A model generated the notes under the pieces. It made no database searches. It was not told the origin of the DNA and was given only the letters and a program-made list of their open reading frames with translations. A DNA stretch of 64,000 nucleotides from Mytilus edulis (Eukaryota). Below, one piece after another: positions 12,501 to 22,200 of this stretch; the first letter of the stretch is position 1; each line of letters opens with the position of its first letter. A program made the position numbers and the translations under genes. The stretch lies in contig NC_092348.1 in assembly GCF_963676685.1 (NCBI RefSeq), positions 58,404,001 through 58,468,000 of the forward strand, in the 5' to 3' direction.

Positions 12501-15500
12501 ATAAACACCGTAAGATGGTAACAAAGGAACACCGCCATCTAAAATTTGAAAATTAACAATAGGGAACGAAAAATTGTTCCTTTTGTCGTAAATTTTAGTA
12601 TAGAGTTTCCCGTTTAAAACCGAAATATCTAAATCTAGCAAAGGACAGTAATTACCGTTTAAATTTGATTTATTTAAAGTTAGTTCCTTGGGGTCAATTT
12701 CAGCAGTATGTTGATTATTTAACGAAAAATATCATCAAGATTTATAACGGTAAGTGTTGTTGAATTTATCAATTAAATGCAATTTCTACGGTTCTTTACT
12801 GAGTTTAGTCATAAACTATACATATTGAAATGTTAATTCAAGTGTCTGTAACAAGTTTTCTCCAGGTACATCAAAACTTCGAAACAATTAATCTGTAATT
12901 ATGAATTATTGAACTCAGGTTTTTTTAAGAAATTTGTGGAAACGATATCCCGACTAGTTTACCATTGGTTTAGAGTACGTTACCACAGGCAGAGCCTTAT
13001 CGAACGAGTAAAGCATTCTTATCGGCATTCCAATGGGAACAAACTGTGCCCCTCTACTCGCCGACTTGTTTCTTTATTATTATGAGGCTGACTTCATGCA
13101 GGAACTTCTTAGGAAGAAAGATAAGAAGTTAGCAATATCCTTTAACTCTACTTTCCGCTATATAGATGATGTTCTTTCACTAAACAATTCAAAATTTGGT
13201 GACTATGTGGAACGCATCTATCCAATCGAACTAGAGATAAAGGATACTACAGATACAGTTAAGTCGGCTTCATATCTTGACTTACATCTAGAAATTGACA
13301 ATGAGGGTCGGTTGAAAACAAAACTTTACGACAAAAGAGATGATTTCAGCTTTCCAATTGTGAACTTTCCATTTCTAAGTAGCAACATTCCAGCAGCACC
13401 TGCATACGGGGTATATATCTCCCAATTGATACGATATTCCCGTGCTTGCATTTCCTATCATGATTTTCTTGATAGAGGTTTGCTGCTCACAAGGAAGCTA
13501 TTAAACCAAGAGTTCCAAATGGTGAAGTTGAAATCATCCCTTCGTAAATTTTACGGACGCCATCACGAGTTGGTTGACCGTTATGGAATAACCGTTTCAC
13601 AAATGATATCGGATATGTTCCTTACGTCGTAACTACAATCCCCTTCCCTTTCATGAATATGACCTACCGAATTAGACTATTTACCGGATTTGTAATCACT
13701 TAAGCAACACGACGGGTGCCACATGTGGAGCAGGATCTGCTTACCCTTCCGGAGCACCTGAGATCACCCCTAGTTTTTGGTGGGGTTCGTGTTGTTTATT
13801 CTTTAGTTTTCTATGTTGTGTCGTGTGTACTATTGTTTTTCTGTTTGTCTTTTTTATTTTTAGCCATGGCGTTGTCAGTTTGTTTTAGATTTATGAGTTT
13901 GACTGTCCCTTTGGTATCTTTCGTCCCTCTTTTGGATATATAAACATCGTAAGATTGGACCAAAGGAATATCACCATCCCAAAGCAAAATTAACCATAGA
14001 AAACAAAAAAGTCCCTTTTATTGGAAATTGTTTATGTATATATAGCCTTTCATTAAAAATAAAATACAGGAACATTTCTTATAAAGAGGCGCAATTGGTG
14101 CCAATGGGAATACATATAACCTCTAGATACAGTTTTAAGCAGAAACATACCGTGAAATTGGTGTTGTCAAGGAGTAAACAGTACAACATTAATTTAATTC
14201 TCATTACATTTCAAATCAGTTTATTTAGCATATATTCATTTCTTAATTTGGCGTATAAATATTCGCATACGCTTTAATCAGTAATTCGGTTTTCACACAT
14301 ATATATCCAGATTTCGCGCCTTTTCTCTTGTCGAGAAAAAATTACTGATCAGATCGACACGTATATTTTGCATTCATGATATTTAATTGCAGTTATCTCT
14401 TTTTCTGATATAACATTTTTATATATGTAGATTTCCTACCATTTTTCGGAGATCCAGAGACCATGATTTACATGACCAGAGTTATTAAACTGATCAGTAC
14501 AATTTCCCATCCCAAATGGGTTTTTTTTATTTTATGTATTATTAAGACAATTTTTATGTTCGTATGAGTATAGCGAAGAAGAACATAAGAATATGTTATC
14601 AACACTAATACCCATACATCCTATCGATACTCTAGTTTTGGAATTTCACTGACTGATTATGACGTCTTTATACTTAATTCATTGGAGGTATTATGGCTGA
14701 CAGGTAAACTGATTTTTATAGTTTGTTCTTATGTTGTACTGTCACACCACTGTCCTAGGTTAGGGGTGGATGTGTGTCCCGCTAACATAATTAAGCAACA
14801 TGTATGTGTCTGTCCCAAGTCAGGAGCCTGTAATTCAGTGGTTGTCGTTTGTTGATAATATGTGTTGCATATTTATTTTTCGTACATTTTTTGTTCTTTA
14901 ATAGGCCGTTAGTTTTCTCGTTTGAATTGTTCTACATTTTTCATTTCGGGGCCTTTAATAGCCGACTATGCGGTATGGGCTTTGCTCATTGTTGAAGGTT
15001 GTACGGTGACCTATAGTTAATTTTTGTGTCATTTGGTCTCTTATTGATAGTTGTCTCCTTGGCAATTATACCATAAATTCTTTTTATATTTAGTGTTGGA
15101 AGAAATTGTTTCTGAACACAGGCAAGGCCGAAGTTTTTTTCTTTTGAAATGCTTCTCATTTTGTTGTGCGTAAAACTTTCAAATATATAGCTTACTAATT
15201 TGTTTTGTCCTTTAGGGTTTAAGGATAGCTTTATCATTAACAATCAAACCACATCTCGTTAAATATGTATAATGATGCTCAACCATCCCCGATATAAGTT
15301 TTTTAACTATTGTGTCATCAAATTGCATTTATATATTTATCACTTGCAAAATATCCGATATGTTCTTTTTTTTAAGAAAGCAGTAAAAAATAACTTATGT
15401 AATAGAATTACCTGTCTGGCCAAGGAAAATTCTGGAATTGTCTCCACCATCTTGAAACTACCATGGAAACATAAAATCCGAGAACAAATGACAGAGGAAT

Positions 15501-18500
15501 ATAGGAAGTATACTGATTACAAGATATCACGACCTTTTCAAATAATCTGATAAAAAAGAAAAGGAAACATTTTAGTTACTATAGATTTCTGTTCATTATA
15601 TAACATTAGAATGTTTAAAAAACAAAAAAGTAGTGCCGTGAATAGGATTTTACGATAAGTAAAATTTCACTTCTGTAATACTTCTTTTATTACGAGAATA
15701 TGAGAACTTGCTTATACCTTCTTTAACACACGAATTTACACCTTGGACTCTGTGATTTGTTTTGAATTTGATGTTGGTAATGTATGTCTTGTTGCTCTCG
15801 GTCAGAATTTTGTCTATCCTTCCAGGATGTACAAGGATTCTGCCACGTCCGGCTAGAATTGTGACGTTAAATCCGATGCTTCGTATAGTGATAGCGTCAG
15901 GCTCTCTGCATAGTCCAGCCCTGGCCTCAGTGACTTTTCAATTTTTTTTAAATTTTTTTTCAGTGAGTCCAGCTCGCCTTCCATTACCTTCAATGGTGCA
16001 AGCTCCCGGTGTGATTACTTGGGCGCTCTAGTATAGTCCCTATCGTCCCCGGGTAATCTACCCGGGCGCTTGAAACATTGAAGGTAATGGAGGGGGAGCT
16101 GGACTCAGTGACAACAACAAAAATAAATAATTAAAAAAAAAGTCACTGAGCCCAGGGCTGGACTAGCTCTCTGCACTGTTAGAACCCTTCCAAAATCTCT
16201 TCGAGGGAACCGCATATCTGGCCTCTTGCAAGATAAAATTTCTGTCCCTTTTCAAATTACCCTCATTTTCCAGTTGCAGCCAAAACTTCCCTACCATCTA
16301 TGCCGGACGGCCTTTATAACGCAAACTAATGGTGATATGCATTGTTATTTGTTCTCATCTTTAACCTGAACAAAATATTTGCCACTGGACGTAAATCAAC
16401 CACTAATTAATCAATTATGTATATTTTGCAATGAACCCAAGGACATATTTATTTTAAATGGTTCATGATTTTCAGTCTTTTTTTGTCCGTGCAATGTGTT
16501 TGTTTCGTGAACATTTTTTTTTTTTGCCCCCTCTTTACATTTCTATTTCTATTTTATGCTCAAAAGATTTTTCTAAAATTTAAGATTTTTATTTTTATTT
16601 AAAAAAAAAATCATTTTAGCTCCATCCAGATAACGTATTAAAAACTTTACATATTTGAAATATTTCACTAATATACACCATATACTTGCATAAGACTTAC
16701 ACTATAACAGTACAAATCTACTGTATTTACGTATGTTAATAGTAGATGTCAAAATATGAAGTGTATACTAGGTCAGTTAGTTTGACAAGTTATAAATAAA
16801 ACCGACAGTATGTTTTTTTTTATTTACGTATAAATATAACTGACTTAAATATAATGTTAAAAGGATATTTTAGGTAAAATATAAAAGTAGTATACACGTG
16901 TTTAAACATTTCACTAATAAGCTATAAAAATAGACAATGATTGCAAACTTTTAGGTAGTTGCACGAATTCTAAGCTATTGTGTCAACGGCAATAACATTG
17001 AAAACATGTAATAATGTCAGATAGACATATTGAACGTAGACAGTATAAGATATGTTACAAGATTTAGTATATTACGAGTTCAAACCCGGTAATAAGTCTA
17101 ATTCGGTAGGTCACATTGTAAAAAGGGGAAGTGATTTTAGTTACGACATAAAGATCATTTTAGTTACGACATTAAGAACATATCTATCATCTCACATCTG
17201 TGAAACGGATATTCCGAAACGTTCTACCAACTCGTGATGGCGTCCGTAAAATTTACGAAGTTATGATAATTTCATCTTCAGCACTTGGCACTCTTGGATT
17301 TCAACGCAACGAGACGACCGTTTATATGCTGTATCAGCCGAGATGGATAGAAGTCTTTAACTGATCGCAAACGGTACTGTTGCTTCTCAAGAGTGAACTT
17401 GACAATGGGAAAACTAATTATAGTTAATAACTAATCCGAGTTTTGTGGGGTCTTGTTTTTTTTTCCGCTGACAAACCGCGGCTTGATACACTACATGCAC
17501 TTTATGTCAAATTGTCAAAGAATACAGCTAAGGTAATCTATGCCTGAGGTAGAAAAGCCTTAGTATTTCAAAAAATTCAAAAATTTGTAAACAGTAAATT
17601 TATAAATATAATCATATCAATGATAATTCATGTCAGCACAAAAAGTAAGCACCTGAAGTCTCCAATAACAAAACAAACTCAGAGTGCTAAAGTAATATAT
17701 AGTAATATGATGTCTAAAAATCTTAGGTCAGATTTAAAGAATTCCAAATAGCGACAAAGGTCTACAGTGTCAACAAAGAGAACCCAAAGATCCTACTGCA
17801 AACCAGATTTTAAATGGAAAACCCAGTGACAACCCATTAAGAGTTTCCAAATTAACAATAGGTACACAATGATGTGGCGGGGTTTTACATATTGTGTGTA
17901 AACAAGACCTGTACCTTTTATATGGATCAATTTATATGGGGTAGGGTAGGGAAGACAAACGATAAAAAAAGCATAAAACAAAAATAAAAACCTTTCTAAT
18001 AGAGACTGTTCCGTCTAGGGGCGACAATTTATTTGACAAGAGAAGTCGGAGTTCCCCATATGTATAAACAGTTCTATTTATATCACCTAAAAGTATACTG
18101 CATATATTGACATACATATGTACATTGACAACATGGTCGTTTTTGGAAATTAAACATATTTACATTATCCATCCGATTTTTCTCGATTGTTTCCAATACC
18201 GAAAGTATCATCTAATTTATACTTGCCATGAGAAACAATGAGATACTACGAATGGAGCAGGAAATGCTTAACCTCTAGGAGTACATGAGTTCGTCCCTAA
18301 GGTTATGTTGTTAAGGTGTTTGTGTTGCCTTTGTCTTTAGTTTAGTATAATTTACTCCTTAATCTATCAATATCTCCGATGTTTCTGTTGGTATTAGTCT
18401 TCTTGAAATTATTATTCTCATTTAAAATCATCTTCAAATTCTACAAGGTTGATAAAGTACTTACGTTCTCTGGTCTACATTAAGTACCAACCGATATATA

Positions 18501-18643
18501 AGAGCGATACAGGTATAAAGAGCGGAATATATAAGCATTTCTTTATATAGTAATTTGTACACACTACCCCTCCATCTAGCTAACAATTTTGTAAATGTTC
18601 CTAGTCCAGTAGTTGCTACTTTGTATTGATAAATTATTGTCAT
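2929..18643 (-). CDS. BEST: Bestrophin (Ca2+-activated anion channel), 10 coding exons, about 620 aa
   Basis: Exons 18465-18643, 15412-15546, 11084-11250, 9782-9936, 8427-8504, 7635-7787, 6218-6298, 5270-5421, 4080-4211 and 2929-3559 join in frame via GT-AG introns. Motifs: [75 protein letters not shown] (Ca2+ clasp). The terminal AGG TAA at 2929 could instead be a splice donor. Confidence 0.95.
4080..4211 (-). CDS. BEST: Bestrophin coding exon 9 (variable C-tail)
   Basis: Open, phase-compatible 132-bp exon with TAG acceptor and GTAAGT donor. Confidence 0.75.
5270..5421 (-). CDS. BEST: Bestrophin coding exon 8
   Basis: VVMALVDQM...PPLVKD...VPYTEAS...YLGST; 152 bp. Confidence 0.9.
6218..6298 (-). 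CDS. BEST: Bestrophin coding exon 7 (Ca2+ clasp)
   Basis: [27 protein letters not shown]; 81 bp; acceptor is a rare GAG. Confidence 0.93.
6366..6472 (+). repeat. SINE 3' fragment with (AATC)n tail
   Basis: GGTGGTTCTC...CACTCCG.CTTCC.CCAC.AATAAAACTGACC...GTTGAAAGTG...CAATCAATCAATC; other AATC-tailed ends at about 16375-16415, 24440-24492 and 34640-34680. Confidence 0.55.
7635..7787 (-). CDS. BEST: Bestrophin coding exon 6
   Basis: [10 protein letters not shown]...QFLDP...[16 protein letters not shown]; 153 bp. Confidence 0.93.
7986..8132 (-). repeat. Retrozyme fragment with degenerate hammerhead (8019-8061)
   Basis: Same family; core CUGAUCA and GAA. Confidence 0.75.
8427..8504 (-). CDS. 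BEST: Bestrophin coding exon 5
   Basis: [26 protein letters not shown]; 78 bp. Confidence 0.93.
8872..8967 (+). ncRNA. Degenerate twister variant inside a dispersed repeat (about 8830-9080)
   Basis: GUGA-GA-GGU...UUUAA...GCCUGUACCAAGUCAGGA; the repeat's tail recurs inverted at about 171-282 and its 5' part at about 23650-23746. Confidence 0.6.
9782..9936 (-). CDS. BEST: Bestrophin coding exon 4
   Basis: GFITKEE...NKFWVPFMW...[15 protein letters not shown]; 155 bp. Confidence 0.92.
10394..10526 (-). repeat. Retrozyme fragment with mutated hammerhead (CUGAUAA core, 10428-10478)
   Basis: Reverse-complement copy of 56185-56270 with a G8-to-A change and a loop II insertion. Confidence 0.8.
11084..11250 (-). 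CDS. BEST: Bestrophin coding exon 3
   Basis: RRTVARY...[13 protein letters not shown]; AG/GT bounded. Confidence 0.93.
11650..11746 (-). ncRNA. Twister ribozyme, family B (P4 disrupted by an insertion of about 11 nt)
   Basis: CAGGUU-AGGG-GA-GGG...UUUAACCCCGCC...GCCUGUCCCAAGUCA[ins]GGAGCCUG. Confidence 0.65.
11947..12032 (-). promoter_or_regulatory. SECIS homolog in PLE family B (core mutated to AUGG in this copy)
   Basis: AUGG-CGUCUUUACACU-AAA...GUGUACGGAU-UGAU; the copy at 14659 retains AUGA. Confidence 0.65.
13021..13932 (+). mobile_element. 5'-truncated PLE family C (RT fragment 13021-13632 plus structured 3' region)
   Basis: [41 protein letters not shown]. 3' region copies at about 7183-7390 and 45328-45538; minus-strand fragment at about 17040-17262 ([12 protein letters not shown]). 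Confidence 0.88.
14615..15090 (+). mobile_element. Family B PLE 3'-end copy with internal deletions (half SECIS, broken twister, terminal motif)
   Basis: Reverse-complement match to parts of 11391-12065. Confidence 0.8.
15412..15546 (-). CDS. BEST: Bestrophin coding exon 2 (neck residues I76/F80/F84)
   Basis: [44 protein letters not shown]; AG/GT bounded. Confidence 0.93.
15911..16165. mobile_element. Palindromic MITE with TAG termini and 10-bp TSD GCTCTCTGCA (Academ- or MULE-type)
   Basis: TAGTCCAGCCCTGG...CCAGGGCTGGACTA; exact TSD. Confidence 0.85.
18465..18643 (-). CDS. BEST: Bestrophin coding exon 1
   Basis: [10 protein letters not shown]...[12 protein letters not shown]; GTAAGT donor. 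Confidence 0.93.
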
Positions 18644-20389
18644 GGTAACTCAATCTTGTTTAAATCCAGGTATTCCTAGTATATCGATATCCTGTTACTA
18701 GTGACTGTTCAATGTCCGGTAAATTCTCTAAAAAGTAAAACTCAAATGCAAGACGACAATATTGTAAAAGCATATTTAATAATTCCATTTACTTTGTAGT
18801 AACAACTCGAAAATTCGTTTCCCGTATAATTATGTCTACTTAATTATAAAACTCTTTTTTTTTACGAATTAACAAATTATTTGCAGCATTATGGAATCGA
18901 TTTAGATTGGATGATGTGTTGGTCCCATTTGTATTTCAGTGTTTTTTTATTTAGATTATATATCTCCAGGATAAACACGGCATAATTCTATCTCAGATAT
19001 GTGTTCAATCAATAGGGAATGGGTATAATCTAAATCCTCTGAATTTTTTTACTTCCATTGTAAAGACAGAAAACATATTCCGGAAACATTTGTCCAAGTT
19101 CGTTTAATCCATAGATAGAAAGGGGGACTTAAAAATTAGAAGTGCAATAGGAATATAGAAAACAAAAATGTAAATAAAAGATTAAATACTTAGTTGAATT
19201 TTAGGTTATCCTATGAATATACTAAAGCATGATCGTGGAAATGAATACTATATAGTAAAAATGATACAATTAAAAGGCAGTCTTCCTATTTGTAATCTTC
19301 AAAAATGGTAATTTTCCTTTTCGTAGAAAGATTTTATCTCATTTTTTTAAGTAGAAGCCACATATTAGTATATATGATATATCACCAATTACTATGCATA
19401 CTTGCGTTAACTTAAAGTTGACATAGGGGTAGTGTAGAACACATGCGTAGTATTACGTTTCTTAAACTATACAACAATTTGATTCAACAAAACAAAAAAG
19501 TAAAAATGGTTAGAATTTTAATAAGACTTTTAAAACTATCATCTAAAACACTTACCTGTAAAATTTTCCTTTGATAGATCTAGTAATATAACAACAGGTT
19601 GACAAATGGAGCTGTTAAAATATTAACTATGACGCTAGTTGATTTGTCATTTGACAGGAAAAGATTGTAAAACACGTCCTTTACCTGTCCTACGTCTTAA
19701 CTAGTAAGACCCAGTTTTAAAAAATCAACATATATAAAAAGACAATTTTATGAAATATATACTTAAATTTTATTTATATTTTTTTTTTTAGTTGCATTTA
19801 AAGAAGACGTCACAGAGTACAACCTTGTCTTACCGGGCTATGAGATATTTTGCTACATTCCTCTTTTAGCCTAATACAGAAATCATGTGCTTCTGTAATT
19901 TATATAATATATGAATATGATATTATAATCATTGGTTAATGGACTGTCAGTTCTGCCAGTTTTCGTCCAGTAATCAGCGCATGGCATGTGGTTTTATAAT
20001 TTAAAAAGTACCATTCACTTAAGTAGCCATTAAATAACCAGTGCTACGATGGCTAAACGTTAATAACTCAGTTTATATTATATGCCATTTGACTACCTAA
20101 GGCACAATAGTGTTGAAAGTGGCAGTAGACACCCATCATTAATTTTTTAATTTTTCAAATCTTGTAAAGAGCGTACCTAATGAATGCTATCACAGAAAAA
20201 CGTGTCGATTATTATATTTCAATGACCTTGACATTCAGGATACCTCATTAACAAGTTCTTCTAGCTCAAAAGCTTCTTCATGAAACTGACTCTATCACCA
20301 TCTCGCACTAGTTGATTGAAACGATGTGTTCATGTTTTAACTCACTAGATTCATGTTTTCGTGGTCTAATTTGTTTTCCTTAGACAACA

Positions 20390-21100
20390 TAGATAAAGGC
20401 AACAGTAGTATACCGCTGTTCAAAACTCATAAATCCATGGACAAAAAACAAAATCGGGGTAACAAACTAAAACTGAGGAAAACGCATTAAATATAAGAGA
20501 ACAACGACACAACATTAAAATGTAACACAAACAGAAACGGACTAAGTATTAGACAAAAACCTATGAGAATAAAAAATATAACATCAAAACCAAATACATG
20601 AATTTGGGATAGATAAGTACCGTGACACGTCTTATAGTAATGTGAATTCACACTAAAAAAATAAAAGAAAACAAACGACACATCGGAAACACAACGTGAA
20701 AATGTAACACACACAGTAACGAACTATAATATAACAATGGCCATATTCCTGACTTGGTACAGGACATTTTTAAAGTAAAAAATGGTGGGTTGAACCTGGT
20801 TTTGTGGCATGCCAAACCTCTCTCTTCTATGGCCGTGTGAAATATAACATTAAAATGACAACACAACATTACAGGACTACAGTATAAATAAATAGGAGAA
20901 CACAATTAACAAACAAACACACGAATAATAGCTAACAAAAGGCAACAAGTTTAAAACTTTAATACGCCAGAAGTGCATTTTGTCCACACAAGACTTACTC
21001 GTGCCGCCCAGATATAAAAATTTGAAAGCCGAAACAAGTATAAAGTTGAACAGCAGCATCGAGGACCAAAAGTTCAAAAAGGTTGTGCCAAAAACAGCCA
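20390..21100 (-). mobile_element. Non-coding retro-like element carrying a twister (20739-20834) and a degenerate hammerhead (20964-21007)
   Basis: Its left part is repeated at about 4574-4770; its right part matches the hammerhead-containing repeat at 7986-8132 and 10394-10526. Confidence 0.7.
20739..20834 (-). ncRNA. Twister ribozyme variant (ACC/GGU pseudoknot)
   Basis: GGCCAUA...GA-GGU...C^AA-CCC-AC-(CAUUUUU/AAAAAUG)-CCUG-UACCAAGU-CAGG-AA-UAUGGCC. Confidence 0.72.
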
Positions 21101-21489
21101 GTCAACTTGAAATCGAATACTTTTCTTCATTAGGATGACTTTTAAATATAATGTATGTATGAATGCATGAATGTAAACATTTTATAGATTCCGTGTTACC
21201 AAAGCGCCTTTTTTATACGACGTTAGGAAACAAAATTTATTTTTTGACCCAGATTTCGCGGTTTATGCACTGATGGGTTTAAAGTTTTGTTTAAGATAGG
21301 GTTAATTTTTGGTACCATGAAGTTGTAGTCATACTAACTTTAAACTTAGTGCAAATGATTATTATGGTGTGATCTTTTAAAAAATACATGCCGAAATAAT
21401 TTGTAGAGACAGCATTCTCTTTTCACTGAAAAACAATATTATGATTATTGGGGAGCCGAACATGGAGTTCTCAGTTCACGGGGTGTTGC

Positions 21490-22200
21490 TAAACAAAGAT
21501 GATATGCACGCTGATCTACTGTCGAGCACCCGCTTGTTTGACATCGAGCGACCTCCAGATTGAATTCGTCTGAATTACATGCCAGGTCAGTCTCGTATGT
21601 CTCAAATACTTGTGTGAAATTTGTTCGTTGTTTGTATTTCCTATAACACGAGGAAGTAGATACAGCGCACAGAAGCGATTTTCTTATGATATCAAACGCG
21701 ACTCCGGCTACATTATCGTGTGGTATATAAACAAATTGTAATTTTCCAATACTATTTTGTCATGTTTGCAGGGTGAACTGCTCTGGTAGTCTGTCGACCT
21801 CTTTGCTGCGGCATATTTTCAACGATATCGAAGAGTTCGGATTTATCTAATGCCGATTCGTACTTCTAGTTCCAAATAGATTCATCGCTTCGTTCAGCTC
21901 GTAACAACTCAATAACAGTTCTTTCATTCTTTGTAGCCTCCAACAGATCACATTCGATACCTTGCAGGTATTTCGACAGATACACATACTCTTTAAAATA
22001 TGCTCCGAAACAACAAGAGCTAAAACAAATTCACATCTTGTAATAAATGCAAGGTACTGTCCGGCTTTTGTCATCTCCATGATCTCGCAATCGTTCCAAC
22101 GCATAATCCACCACCAGAAACTATGTTTTAAATCTGTAAAGCGCGTCGGCTCGACTCGTCCATCGTGTTTCGCAAAGGGTTCGCAATTTGGTCTGCTTTT
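21490..22200 (-). pseudogene. Decayed hAT-type transposase (ZMYM1/THAP12-like)
   Basis: KAGQYLAFITRCEFVLALVVSEHIL, then after a frameshift LSKYLQGIECDLLEA...RGRQTTRA..PA...YWKI; multiple stops. Confidence 0.6.

Larger units (their letters stand above)
11391..12817 (-). mobile_element. Degenerate PLE family B: frameshifted RT (about 12119-12817) plus 3' region with SECIS, twister and terminal motif
   Basis: Minus strand reads [57 protein letters not shown] and FYGNVV with stops and frameshifts; collinear with the 31040 ORF. Confidence 0.85.

Noticed and set aside
13652-13705. SECIS-like AUGA...AA hairpin after the family C RT stop
   Set aside because: The 3' core reads UAAG rather than UGAN, helix II pairs poorly, and the 17068-17160 copy lacks AUGA; at best a decayed SECIS
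13716-13943. Hydrophobic ORFs here and at 7175, 45280, 20487 and 20648
   Set aside because: Translations of T-rich repeat 3' regions; frames are not conserved between copies
19556-19700. Possible non-coding first exon of bestrophin (CAG/GTAAGT donor, acceptor near 18728)
   Set aside because: Plausible but supported only by splice-site motifs; needs transcript data
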